A DNA stretch of 63,872 nt, counting the filler, from Octopus bimaculoides (taxonomy: Eukaryota): assembly GCF_001194135.2 (NCBI RefSeq). It is 6 parts of 6 records of this genome, joined end to end, with 100 filler letters (N's around TTAATTAATTAA, not from the genome) between each part and the next. Parts side by side here need not be neighbours in the genome. Positions count along the whole stretch, not along the records: positions 21,018 to 36,406 come from NC_068982.1; positions 36,507 to 41,330 come from NC_068983.1; 4 more parts are not named here. One strand, 5' to 3'. Both the position numbers and the translations under genes were made by a program. The notes under the pieces are model-generated. The model made no database searches. It saw only the letters and a list, made by a program, of their open reading frames with translations, and was not told where the DNA came from. Shown here in pieces: positions 24,812 through 37,596 of the stretch. Every line of letters begins with the position of its first letter. Within the stretch, counting starts at the first letter, position 1.

Positions 24812-25669
24812 TAATTCACCTTTGGAAACAAGGGCGTTTCGTTCAACATCCTCAAACAATCCTTATTCAGGGACCTTTTGAACGGGAAGGGCTACTCGAT
24901 ATGAAGAAAATTCTAACTGGACCTCCACATTCAAGGTCAAGTGCTGTTATCCTGATATGAAATCACCATGTCATGCACATATGGTCGTGATGCATGTGTC
25001 TGTTGTACACGGGTAGTCATGATGGGTATACTGGGCTTTTTTGCATTTTCTGCCGACGGAAACTGCGTCTGCGCAGTGGATTATGGAAAAAATGGAATGT
25101 ATATTTGAGAAGATATGTGCTTATGGCCTCCTGTCTTGTAAATATACGTTAATTCCTTGACGGCTGGTTACTGAAGACGATTTGCCTAGTAAATTACTTT
25201 ATTTACTAAAAAATCAGAAACCTATAGGTCTAACCGTTAGAAATAAGGTAAAAGATTTTATGTTCTCTTCCCTTTGAAATGTTTTACTTTGTGGTTTTCG
25301 GTCGTTTTGACTGTCGTCTAGCGTGGAGAAGTTACCTGTTATGGGTAATTTCTCTTATACTTTATATGGAATATGTTGTCTATTGACTTTTTTTTACATA
25401 CTAGGCCACTGGTAGTATAACTCTGTATAGTTTTGCTACCCTTTTTATATATCTATTTATACCTGTATGTGCATATGTATGTATGATGGAATCCCCCGTC
25501 GAAAACGACGTATGAGAGTACAGAACGACCTTCACAAAGGATTTCTTTGTCAAGTTAAGTTGCTGTATATCAGCTCACCCTCTCCATCAAATCGACTTTG
25601 ACTGAACAAGTGCACGGTGTACCAAATGTCATGTGTCGAAATATATATATGTGTGCAAGTGAGTGTCTA

Positions 25670-25900
25670 GTATGTGGAGGTGTGTGGGTTAGTGATTAGG
25701 GTTTAGCACTCATGGTCGTAAGTTTGAGGCTTCGATTCTTGTTCCAAATGATGGGTTGTGTTCTTGCGCAAAATACTTCGTTTCACGTTACTCCAGTCTA
25801 TTTAACTGGCAAATATGAGTTACCCTACGATGGACCAGCAGTCTACCAGGAGGGGAATGTATACGCCTCGAAATCCTGGAAAGCTGTTTTGTGACCCTAT
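25670..25900 (+). mobile_element. tRNA-derived SINE, family D
   Basis: Head ggaggtgtgtgggttagtgattaggg...ttcgattct, core gttcttgcgcaaaatacttc. A related copy at ~55425-55720. Confidence 0.6.
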
Positions 25901-26784
25901 TTTTCATGAATGAGTTTTGATATATGTTAAATATGTTCATGTTTTAATCTACAATATTAATTTTTGTATATGAAAATATTTACTCTTTTTTTTAAAACTC
26001 AGTGTATGATACAAATAGTTTTGAATATTTCGCTCGGGAAATATCTTCTCGCCATGATTATTGAATGATTATCAGCTATTACATGGTGGAGTTTACATTA
26101 CTTTACTCTCTCTTTCAAATCGACAATTCCTGTACAGATGCACCACACATCAGATGACAAAGTGATTGTAGACTACATCGATATTGTTATTAAGTTCTAT
26201 TCTTCTGCTTTATTCTATATAGTTTCCAAAGTACCTGGTTAGTCATTTGTCTCATTAACTAATACAAAAGTAACAGCATAGAATTTTTTTATTTAATTAA
26301 CGATAAAAATCAAATTTCATGAGTAAAATTCTATTTACTTAATGATTGATATACTCAAGTTCATTTTCAACATAATTTATTAAGCATATTAAACATTGGT
26401 AATATTTTCATATATATAAAAATATAAAAATATCAAGGTAAGTGTGTTGTTTTCTGCAGAAATAAATTGGTTAGATATGTTGTTATCTTTCGCTTATACA
26501 GTTATTGACTGAACATTGTACACTCACACTTTGGTCATTTGAAAACTCCATGCACGGCTCTTTAAGAAGTTAACACCATGCTACGAAAATTATTGCGGTT
26601 GTCATTGTATATAAAACGATTAAGTCTAACATATAATGAAACTGCTAAATTCATTGTTCACAGTAATAATAATCGTAACTCTATGTACGAAATAGGCATA
26701 ACTTCAATCCTCGTCTTTATTCACGTTCACGCACTCTGTGTATATTTTACATCTAATATCAATTTGATGTTTTTTGATTCCTAC

Positions 26785-26835
26785 GTATCCCTGGGTCCGA
26801 ATACACTGGCGCGTCCACGCTTTCACATTAGCATT
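26785..26835 (-). CDS. Candidate orphan 51-nt coding exon (NANVKAWTRQCIRTQGY)
   Basis: GC/CpG-rich islet in AT-rich DNA, bounded by tctctttttttaactatccag| and |gtagga. Open only in phase 0-0. Parent gene not established. Confidence 0.4.
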
Positions 26836-29200
26836 CTGGATAGTTAAAAAAAGAGACATAATTAACTGTGAAATAAAATGTTCGGTTCAAACGATCAAAT
26901 GTAGAGCATGGAATGAAGTAAATCAAATATTAATGTAAAATATCTTATTCTTTGTAAAATGAAAATAAAACGAAAACATATCTATAATTCTAATAAAAAT
27001 ACGTGAGTAAAAATCTTAACAAATTCGAACATAACATTAACACATCATTAGTAATTTGTGAGTTATGTTCGGATAAGATATCTATGAAAACTTACCACTA
27101 ACTATATAACATCATTACGTTAATATGTTATCTTGGTAAAGCGTTTCGATGGCTGAATCGTTAGCACACCGGGTAAAATGTTGAGCGGCACTTTGTCCAT
27201 TTTTAGATCTGAGTTTTAATTCTGCCGGAGTCGACTTTGCTTCCCTTTCTTTCTGGCTCGGTAAAACAAGTACCAGTTGAACACTGTCATCGATGAAATC
27301 GATTTACTCGCATCCCACCAAATTTTTGGTCTCAAGCCAAAATTTGAAACCAATATTTCATTAAGGTTTGGGATTACCAAGCAAAGAGATCCAAATACTC
27401 AAATTATTGAAGATGTAAGCATTAGTGAAGAACAACTTTGTTCATCATAATACTAAATATTGATAACGGACAGAAATTGGTAAGTAGTTGTTAATTATTC
27501 AAAATATAGGTATAGATGATTCTACATTATATTGAAAACATTTGTTGATTTTAAAAAAAATTGATATGTTTATCGTCATTATATTTCAGATGATACAAAC
27601 GGCAGCATGTAAAGTTACTATCTTTGCAATTATCACAGAAGCGTTTTTTTATAAATTTTCTCTGATCATAAAATATTTTGTGGTAAAGAGCATTATCTTG
27701 ATGCATTTTCATTGAATATTAAAAATTCGAGGAAAGAGATATAGATGCTTACAAATTCAAATTAATAAAGAACAGAAGTTGTTAATGCCAATGATATATA
27801 TTCTTCGTACATTATTTTACAATATCATTTCCAAAATCAGGACGCTTTCAATTGAAGAAGCTTTTATCTAACATCCTTGCAATTAGACACTGTTGTTGAT
27901 TATTAGCTAATTAAGGTAGACTTTGCCGTTCATCCTTTCGGGGTCATCCTGTTGCGTACTGGAGTTGATCTAATCAATTGTCCCCCTTCCCCTTGTGCCC
28001 ATAGTGGAAAAGATTATTAGTTAATTAGGTAATCCAAATTACAAACCTGTAAGTAATCAGTGTAATACATTTCGTCATATGTTCTTTACTACTCGAGGCA
28101 GAAGGCCTGAAACTTTTTGGGAGGGGGCCAGTCGATTAGATCGACCTCAGTGCATAACAGGTACTTAATTTATCGACCCCGAAAGGATGAATGGCATAGT
28201 CGACCTCGGCGGAATTTGAACTCAGAACGTAGTGACAGACGAAATACTGCTAAGCTTTTTGCCGTCGTGCTAACATTTTTGCTATGTCACCGCCTTCATT
28301 TCGTCATATATTACTATAAGGAAATTTTCTGATACACTATTTACTTTTATGTTTGATAAATTCTCAGATAAATTAAACCATCTATACGTTTACATCATTC
28401 AAATATGTAAACAACTAGACAGTATAAATTTATTTTCAGTGTGTGCCAGGGATACTTAAGAAACCATTTTAGCAAGATTCGAAACCGAATCGATAAACTG
28501 TCAAGTGAAAATCACAATTCAATAACAGCCTTTAAGTGTGATCCACCAATCAGCAGCCAGACATCATGCAATGCATCATTCTTCAGCCCTCCAGAATATT
28601 CTCTCAAGGCTTATAAACAGCCGCATTTTGAGCGCCAAAATCCAGTTTGTGGCCGGCCTCAGCTATGAGAACAACCTACTCATTTTTCTGCTTTCAAAAG
28701 TCGTTGTCATGACTCTCACTCAGCCTACACATGCAGCTACAGTTCGACGACATGAAACCAGTGCGTATATTTTGTTCTACCTTGATAACTTAATTACAGA
28801 GCCTTTTCAATCAATAATTGCCTTTCCACTGTGTAAACTTTGTTGTCAAAATTTTTAATTCAAGACCAACATGAAAAGTATTTTTGCGGTAAACTAAAAT
28901 CCTGATAATTGTTCACAAGTATTGTCCGTTAGTTATACGCAGCCTGAACCCAACTTGGCTACCATTTTCTCTTATCCTTCATCTTTTGTCTACTTTCTCT
29001 TACAATCCGTGACAATATAATCAGTTTTTTTGCTTGCATTTTACGAACAATAACGTTATGACAACATTCTTAAAATTGATATTTTTGTCATAGACATATA
29101 ATTTCTATTGAATTGTAAAAGAATTATTTGATTTTATGTAAATATGTTTCACTGTTATAATAAATTAATAAATTAGAAAGAAATGAAGATTTTAACATAC

Positions 29201-29311
29201 GTTTAACAACATGGTGAGTACTGGAATCACCTATCTTTTTACACCTAAGATAGAAACATCCGTATAAATGAGTTACTCCGAAAGGATAGCATTTGTTATT
29301 GTAAACACAAC
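29201..29311 (-). CDS. Cys-rich modular protein, exon 5 (module 3)
   Basis: tttatttttcatag|GT TGT... ends AAA C|gtatgt. 111 nt, phase 1-1. (G)CVYNNKCYPFGVTHLYGCFYLRCKKIGDSSTHHVVK. Confidence 0.85.
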
Positions 29312-29661
29312 CTATGAAAAATAAATTTGTAACATTACAAAAGTGCTGCGCAAAAATATATCACCAATCTAAATTATCTCACATATGTAAACAAAGTATT
29401 GTCATTTAGATGTATTCACGGATACTAAATATTCATTGTTATTTTTAATTAGTATGAAATTTTATAAAACTGGAAAGAATCTTTCACAAAAATGAAAATT
29501 ATATTTTCATTATGCAATATTATGACAAATGTAATTAGATTCACATCTTTCTAACATTAGAATGTAATGATTTCATGTATTTTTATATTCATATCCAGCC
29601 ATCAATATAAATATATACATATATGAGTGTATGTGTGTGTTTGTGTGTGTGTGTGTGGGGT

Positions 29662-29770
<109 letters not shown>

Positions 29771-29814
29771 TGTGTACATACATAAATACATACATACATA
29801 CAAAACAATATCCC

Positions 29815-30620
29815 TCAATGCATTTGCAGTACCAGTGCTGATCCCAGCATTTGGGATACTTGGTTGTCTGTAGAAGAAATCCACTCTGTAGATATCAAAA
29901 CCGCAAAATCCTGACAACAACTAGGAACTTCCACAGAAACAATGATGTTGACAAGCTCTACCTAAGAAGGAAGGTGGTAGAGGCTTGAGATTAGTGCAGA
30001 CGATCTTTGAATGCTGTATGGAAATCACTCTGGCAGCATCTGCTCAACAACAGCAGAAAAAATAAATATATAAAAATATATAAATGCAGTGCTGAAAAGT
30101 GAAGTGAGCAACGTCGTACGAGTTGCCATTGAGCTCCTCAAGAAGCACTCTCTCCTGATGATCTCCTGGACTATCTTACCTCAGAGAAGACCTGGATGGA
30201 AAGCACCCAGCATACACAAAGTAAGCCTATGCATGGGTATATTGCTCGGAAACTTGAAGAAGACAATAGAATTGACACGAAGTGCAGCCTCTCTTGGACA
30301 CAAGACCACCACATTACATCACACTTTGAAGGCTATGCATTTGCAATCTAGGAACAGGAGATTGCCACAGAGTACCTGATGAACAAGAGAAACAGTGACG
30401 CTCTTGTAATCCCAACGTGCAACCGCGTGTGTAGGCTATGTCATGTTTTAGTAAAAGACATCACACATGTGATTAGCAGCTGTCCTAAAATGTCGTCACG
30501 TTACTCCCTCCTTATGCGGCACGATGTTGTTGCTAAAACAATTTACAATACCGCCCGCAAAAAAGACTATCCTGAAATAAACTTAGAACAATCCCTCTGT
30601 TATGAAATACATTTATAAAC
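29815..30620 (+). mobile_element. R4/Dong-type LINE fragment (post-RT region and CCHC knuckle)
   Basis: AVPVLIPAFG...DVDKLYLRR.EGGRGL; HFEGYAFAI*EQEIAT; CRLCHVLVKDITHVISSC...RHDVVAK. Confidence 0.8.
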
Positions 30621-30739
30621 ACCAACTCAAGGAATATTCTCATCAAAATTTTTGTCAAATGAAAGCATAACGTATTTGAGTTTTCTGGTTTTTGTTAGGT
30701 TGTTTGGTGTTTCGGTTTTAATATATATATATATAATCC

Positions 30740-33700
30740 GAAACACTAGAGGAGAGAAGAAATTTGGAGTAAAGTCAAGAATATTTTAATTTTACCTGCA
30801 AGGCAAATGTTGGCATGGGGAAGACGATACAGACTGCCGGTTTGTTCACCTGAGGCCTCGCCAAAACTACATGTGTCTTAAAGAGAAATACTTCCCTGAG
30901 TAAAGCACCTATTGTCTCCAAAGAAAAAAAAATACAAACGCAGGGCGCCTTTCAGATGTTATGCGCCAAGCAGCAGTTGAGTCTTTTTTTGCATGGCGCA
31001 AAATATTGTGTAGCAGCTGACCTAGCTGCATCAAGCGCAAACAAGGAACGTTGCCCACCACTGCACAAGACTACCACAATCAACAGACACGGGATGGTCT
31101 CCCCTAAAGCCTGCACAGTCGTCACGCCAATATCTTTTACTAAGTATTGGGGGTCTGTTGCATCAGAACAACAAACGCAAAATGTTTTCCTGAGAGACCT
31201 TGCTGCATGCAATTAAGCCCTATGCATAGCACTCGTGGAAACTCATCTGAGTCCTTATAGAGAAGATGCAGAAGTACACGTGCCAAGATGTACAATAATT
31301 CTAACAGACAGAAGCGATTGGAGCTATGGTGGAGTTGCTGTATACATTCGTGAAGACCTCACACCACAGATCTTACTGTCATACTCAAATTCAGTATGTG
31401 ACACTCTAATTGTATACAGAAGACAACACAATATAGTCATATACAATACATATTGCCCACCGGATGCTCCAAACCACATAGACAAGCTTGAAGATTGTCT
31501 CACAAGAATTAAAGAAATCCTCATGAAACTGGAATACCACGTGAGCGTAAGTCTTATCAGTGATATCAAATTCCCCACAGCCAAATGGCCCGAAGGCCTC
31601 ATGCTCTCAGGAATGACTCATTGCAAACAAGCACAGATGGAGTCCTTGCTTAACCTCACCAATGCCCTATTCATGGAGCAAGTTGTGCTCAGACCAACTA
31701 CGGCGAATAACATTTTGGATCTCTGCTTCACAAAAAATATGGATATCGTTCATGATGTGAAAGTGACGCCGACATTAGTTTCAGATCACAACATAATAGA
31801 GCTGTCTATGTATGGACCAAAAGTATCCTGAGTCATACAGCCTAAAGGAAGCACCCAAAATCTCCCCAATCGGAACTTTCACGAAGCATACTGGAAATCG
31901 ATCCAAAAAGAGATCCTCAGACAGGATTGGCCGAAATGTCTCTCCATACCAGACATTGGCATGAAACTAGAATATTTCAGGTCTGTTATGCAACCATATG
32001 CCAGAAATATATGTCTCAGAGCACAAGGCCAACACAAAAAGGAACAAGATTCCAAGGGAGTGGAAGATCCTCACGAGACGACGGACGAAGGCTGCAAATC
32101 GTTTCAACAAGCATTCAAAAGTGATGGAGATTGAAAAAAAGCCTCCACTGATGGAGATTGAAAAAAAAAGCCTGCAACAATCCTCTGTGAGGGAGAGAGC
32201 AGACAAAGAAGCCTGGGTTATAAAAAACATTAAGTCAAACCCAAAGGCCTTCTTTCATTATGTCAAAGAAACAATCTCAGTATTCTGCCAAAAAGGACCC
32301 CTCTTCGAAAAGGATGGCTTCCTCACAGATAGTCCAACAAGGATCAGTGAGGTACTGAACGACGAGTTAAAAAGTGTCTTTACCACCCCGTTCGAACACA
32401 GAATAGTGAATGAACCTGTAGATTTCGTTGCCGGCTCATCTATAACCAGTGAGGCAGTTACGATGGATTACATCGACATTAGCGAAGAAGATATACTACT
32501 AGCCATAGATGAGGTGGACACGCAAACTCAACTACCGTCCTGATGGTTTCCCAGCAAGCATCCTCAAATCGTGTAAGCGTGCCCTGGTGAAACCACAACA
32601 GATTCTCTTTCAGAGCTTTCTTGCAAATGGCAGACTGCCAAGCAAACTGAAGGAGGAAATAATATGCCCAATCCATAAAGGATGAAATAGAGCAGATGTC
32701 AAAAACTATAGGCCTATCTCTCTGACTTCACACATCAGCAAAGTCATGGAACGGATAGTCAGAGAGAAACTAATTGTATTCTTTAGAAAGAAAAACAACC
32801 TGGCTTTCGGCCAATTAGGAACTGCCTGAATCAGTTCTTACAACATTATGACTGGGTGTTTTAGAGTAGTTACTCAAAAACTCAAATGTGGACGTAATAT
32901 AGCCTGACTTTGCAAAAGCTTTTGATAAAGCGGATCATTGTATGATATGCCACAGACTACGTGATCGCGGATAGCTGGAAAAAATGGAGAGTGGTTACAT
33001 GACTTTCTGAAAGATAGAAGTCAGGCAGCAGCAGCCAATGAATCCACCTCAATGGAAACAAAAATCTTGAACAGTGTTCCACAGAGCACTGTCTTGGAAC
33101 CACTGCTTTTCATAGTGGCCCTCTCAGATATGCCCCCCCCCCAGCTGCCTGGATAGCCACCCTTGCAAGCTACGCAAACGATACGGAAGTCTCGCAAAAA
33201 ATACAGAAACCCAGCGATGTTGCACATCTGCAGCAAGAGTTGGACTCAGTTTACAGATGGGCTGAGGATAATAATATGCAGTTTAATGCTGAAAAATTCC
33301 AAGCCCTGCGCTATAGCATCCAAAACGGAATATGAAACTTACAGAGTACACCGATCCACAGGGTAATACATTCCCAGAGCCTAAATCAGTGAGGGACCTG
33401 GGTATCAACATGAGTGATGATACCTCTTTCCAAGTGTACATTACTAGGATGGCGACAAAGTGCAGATGACTGGCTGGATGGATCTTGAGAACATTCAGAA
33501 CCAGAGAGAAGAGGCCATGATGGTTCTCCAGAGGACATTCGTCTTCAGCTACCTGGATTACTGCTCCCAGCCAAGGTCACCCAACAGTGTAAAATTAATA
33601 GCGGACCTTGAAGCAACCTAGCGAAACTTCACAAAGAAGATCGTCTCATTGCAACTGCTCAGCTACTGGGAAAAGGCTGAAACAACTAGGACTCTACTCC

Positions 33701-33955
33701 CTGGAGTGAAGGCGGAAGATGTATGCAGTAATATACATCTGGAAGATCCTGGAAGGAATTGTACCAAATTTTGGCATTGAAAGTTACACCAATGCCAGAA
33801 CGGGTGGCTACTGCACAGTGCCAAAGATCCCAGCCTGGGTTTCGGGAGCCCACAGCCTTTTAATATTCTTTCAGAGAGCCTGAGGGACGTACACGAAGTA
33901 GTTGTAGGTGTATTCAAATCAAAACTGGACCTCCTCCTGTCGAGAGTCCAACTGG
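30740..33955 (+). mobile_element. Near-full-length degraded CR1-group LINE (ORF1 remnant plus APE-RT), intronic and antisense to the Cys-rich gene
   Basis: APE: ETHL...DRSDWSYGGVAVYIRE...NILDLCF...SDHNII. RT: YRPISLTSHISKVMERIVR, DFAKAFDK.DH, VPQSTVLEPLLF, C-terminal YSLE..R..Y..IYIWKILEG. Many stops and frameshifts; 5' boundary approximate. Confidence 0.85.
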
Positions 33956-33987
33956 TATGAGGACCGAACATTTAAATTTGTGCTTAC

Positions 33988-34104
33988 CGTCTAGTAGTGT
34001 GATAGTTTGAGATCCATTTATTAATCCATCACATCTAAATCGCCAACATTCATCTTCCCTCCATATTGTACCAATTCTCTGACAACCAGTGTTTGATTTG
34101 CAAC
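33988..34104 (-). CDS. Cys-rich modular protein, exon 4 (module 2)
   Basis: attttcttttcactccaag|GT TGC... ends GAC G|gtaagc. 117 nt, phase 1-1. (G)CKSNTGCQRIGTIWREDECWRFRCDGLINGSQTITLLD. Confidence 0.88.
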
Positions 34105-35477
34105 CTTGGAGTGAAAAGAAAATTCTTTTTGTTTGCATCAGTAATTGTGTCTATGAAATATGAATATATTTTCGTCAACTCAATCATATGTATGTATTGT
34201 CAATGTATCAAACCTATCAAATATTAACAACATTTTCAAAGACGAGTCGTAACACGAAACTTACATGTTGTATCTTGAGTAAGTTATGTCATTAATATGT
34301 CATTCCCGTTAATCAACCTGTGAATAACAAAGTCCTTACACTACATATTTTATATCACCATGAATTGAAAAATGGAATCGCTTTGATTAGTTTGTACTTT
34401 TCCCTGTACAACTTCATGTGTAGAAAAATACACTTTTTCTGTACATGGTGATGACTTCTAGCGAGCCAATCGTGGCAAACCACATTTATGATGCAGAAAA
34501 TAACAAAGGAGAGCCCGTGCAAATCTGTGAAATACAAATACCATGGGAGAATTACTTCGAACAGCAACGTTGTTATGCGGTGTACTTGCTATTCAAGTGT
34601 TTCTAATAATCAGTTAAATTCAGTCTTAGATTTAGGACGTATATCAAGGGAATGATGACCGGACTGTTGAAGAATGCAAAGAATGGTTCGTCTAAGATTG
34701 ACTACACCCTGTACTAATTAGTTTCTCGTTAATCACCACGTATTTCAACTGTCTAAACATGGTTACTAAAATTTACTATTTATCTGGAATGTATGAAATT
34801 TTGTCCCGAACTTCAGTTATATTGTACTTCATACTAGAGCAAAGATATTTTCGATGAATTATCCAGTATATTATAAGCCTACGCTTAAGGTATGTTGCTT
34901 GTATTGTCTCCAAAACTTAGAAATTTATTAGTATTGAACAGTACAATTTCAATGAAATATTATATATCTTTTTGCACCAGTAGGCTGCACTTGCAAAAAG
35001 TTTGGAAACTCTGTTACGTTATCAAGTAATAGTTGTTTACTATTTTGTCGCGAATTATTATTTCTCTATTGATAACTATTACATTTTCTGTTTTTATAAA
35101 GAAGCGAGAAAATTCACACAATCAGTTTTTAGAATTCAAATTGAACCATAGAGCTGAATTGATACTAATCACTGCCATTTCCTTCTTTTTTTTTTTTTGT
35201 ATAATTATTTAGCAGAATAAGCACATATGACTGACTATTCTAAATAGTGTTAAGACAACGTACGGTACATATGTCCATTAAATCCTTAACGTTTTATAAT
35301 TGTGGCATAAATTATATATCCCAAAATATCATTATACTTTTAATATGGAATTGATAAGTACACCTCAAATATAGTTTCCTGCTGATGTATGATGTGTGTA
35401 AAATTTTGCTATTTGGAAAATATGTACTTGAGCGTCATATATCAAGGACATTTTGGTGAAGAGATTTAGAAACTTAC

Positions 35478-35600
35478 CAATGACATTCTTTTGAAATTCA
35501 GTATATCCTAGTGCGTTTTTTACACAAGCCGCTTCAATACACTCCTTTTCTCTGACTTCTTTCCATCCGATTCTCCGACAAACGCCTTCTTCTAAGCAAC
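35478..35600 (-). CDS. Cys-rich modular protein, exon 3 (module 1)
   Basis: ttttgtgtcgcatgcag|GT TGC... ends ATT G|gtaagt. 123 nt, phase 1-1. (G)CLEEGVCRRIGWKEVREKECIEAACVKNALGYTEFQKNVI. Confidence 0.88.
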
Positions 35601-36051
35601 CTGCATGCGACACAAAAGTAACTTTCATTTATTTCAAGAAATGTGGATTGCCACTTGTCAATATATTTATTTCAGCTAACAATATACTGGTTTCAAGTTT
35701 TGGGTACAATGCCAGCAATTTAGGAAAGAGTTTAGTTAACTACATCAGCCCCAGTGCTCAGCTGAGATTTATTTAATAATTTTAGCATTTTGCCCGACGT
35801 GCTAACGATTCTGCCATCTCGCCGCCATGTATTTCGGCAAAGTGTAATAGAATTTGAAATATACTAAATTATTTACATTTTCAGAAACCTATTTTAGTTC
35901 CCCTGTGAGAAGAAAATCAAGCTGTACAGATTTTTACCTGTCATTTTACCTCTCCTAGTTAGAAGATATGGTATGAATCCAATTACGTTTCTTAAAACTT
36001 GACCAAAAAGGAAAATCCATCTTGAACAAAAGATGGAAGGAACTAAACCAA

Positions 36052-36406
36052 GCAGTTACATACACAGAAGTTACATACACAGAAGTTACATGCACTGAAG
36101 TTACATGCACTGAAATTACATACACAGAAGTTACATACACAGAAGTTACATGCACTGAAGTTACATACACAGAAGTTACATACACAGAAGTTACATACAC
36201 AGAAGTTACATACACAGAAGTTACATGCACTGAAGTTACATACACTGAAGTTACATGCACTGAAGTTACATACACAGAAGTTACATACACAGAAGTTACA
36301 TGCACTGAAGTTACATGCACTGAAGTTACATACACTGAAGTTACATACACAGAAGTTACATACACAGAAGTTACATACACTGAAGTTACATGCACTGAAG
36401 TTACAT
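36052..36406. repeat. 15-bp minisatellite, at least 23 units, running into a gap
   Basis: Unit GAAGTTACAT[A/G]CAC[A/T], with variants tacaca, tgcact and tacact interspersed. Confidence 0.95.
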
Positions 36407-36506
36407 NNNNNNNNNNNNNNNNNNNNNNNNNNNNNNNNNNNNNNNNNNNNTTAATTAATTAANNNNNNNNNNNNNNNNNNNNNNNNNNNNNNNNNNNNNN
36501 NNNNNN

Positions 36507-36585
<79 letters not shown>

Positions 36586-36972
36586 ATATGTTTGCGTGTC
36601 TGTGTTTGTCCCTCCAATATCGATTGACAACCGATGCTGGTGTGTTTACGTCCCTGTAACATAGCGGTTCGGCAAGAACGATCGATAGAATAAGTACTAG
36701 GCTTACAAAGAATAAGTCCTGGGGTCGATTTGCTCGACTATAAGCAGTGCTCCAGCATGGCCGCAGTCAAATGACTGAAACAAATAAAAGAATAAAAGAA
36801 TATATATGTACATCCGTGTGTGTATGTATTGTCAAAATTTCGAATTACCTCAGTTTCTTCTAGTCATCAAAAGTAGGGGAAACATTACTGTCCGTGTGGG
36901 TTTTTCTTAGTTTATGTAATACACTCATCACTCGCCTTATGATTATCTCAGAGTCCGGGATCATGCACCTAC

Positions 36973-37020
36973 CGGTATTGTAAAGTATGACCGCTAATTT
37001 CGGGATACGGTCTGTAATTT
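36973..37020 (-). CDS. Cys-rich modular protein, candidate exon 2 (linker)
   Basis: gagtttttctaacag|AA ATT... ends ACC G|gtaggt. 48 nt, phase 1-1. (Q)ITDRIPKLAVILYNT; joins in frame to exon 3. Confidence 0.6.
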
Positions 37021-37465
37021 CTGTTAGAAAAACTCGAATAAATTGTGAGGATTTGAAACCTAAACTTTCTTTTTATCCCACCCCCTCTCTCTCTTTCTCT
37101 CGCACACACTCTTTCTGTCGCACACACTCTTTCTGTCGCACACACTCTTTCTCTCGCACACACTCTTTCTCCCTCTATCCATCCATCCACCCATCCATGC
37201 GTNNNNNNNNNNTCTATCCATCCATCCATCCACCCATCCATGCGTACGTACATACATACCTACACACATACACACACGTATATTTGTAGATACATATATT
37301 CTGTATATGATATATTCTTGATCCAATGAAGGTATCTCAACGTGCAGAAAATAACAGTTTAACCTTCCTCTACGTATACGTTATCATCTTAAAAAACAGT
37401 GGGATAAATATTGACTAATATAATCTTGATTATATCATATCTGGAAAAAAAGACGGGATGGTTAC

Positions 37466-37526
37466 GGCTCTCTGTTCGATCTGCGTTGACTTGAGGTAAA
37501 GCTACGACGACGACCACCATCACCAT
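37466..37526 (-). CDS. Cys-rich modular protein, candidate exon 1 (signal peptide)
   Basis: MVMVVVVVALPQVNA-DRTES then C|gtaacc (phase 1, weak donor). Hydrophobic core and V-x-A cleavage pattern, but no basic n-region; the true start may be elsewhere. Confidence 0.5.
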
Positions 37527-37544
37527 ATTTTCATGTAGATATAT

Positions 37545-37596
<52 letters not shown>

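Noticed and set aside
25040-25350. CpG-containing stretch with a donor-like AAG|gtaaaa, possible promoter or first exon
   Set aside because: No open frame or linked downstream exon could be built; insufficient support.
28880-28943. cag|GC TGC start resembling a fourth Cys-module exon
   Set aside because: In-frame TAA after two codons, poor acceptor, and the Cys spacing does not match.
34355-34522. Phase-compatible minus-strand frame (DLHGLSFVIFCII...) as an extra exon of the Cys-rich gene
   Set aside because: Lacks the module pattern, has a weak donor, and would end in phase 2, breaking the join to exon 4.
36052-36406. Possible CRISPR-like array
   Set aside because: Contiguous tandem units with no unique spacers, eukaryotic context, no cas genes.
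35955-36462. 146-aa repeat ORFs (VTSVY / TEVTY)
   Set aside because: Product of a stop-free 15-bp minisatellite; no credible start or splice context; kept only as a repeat.
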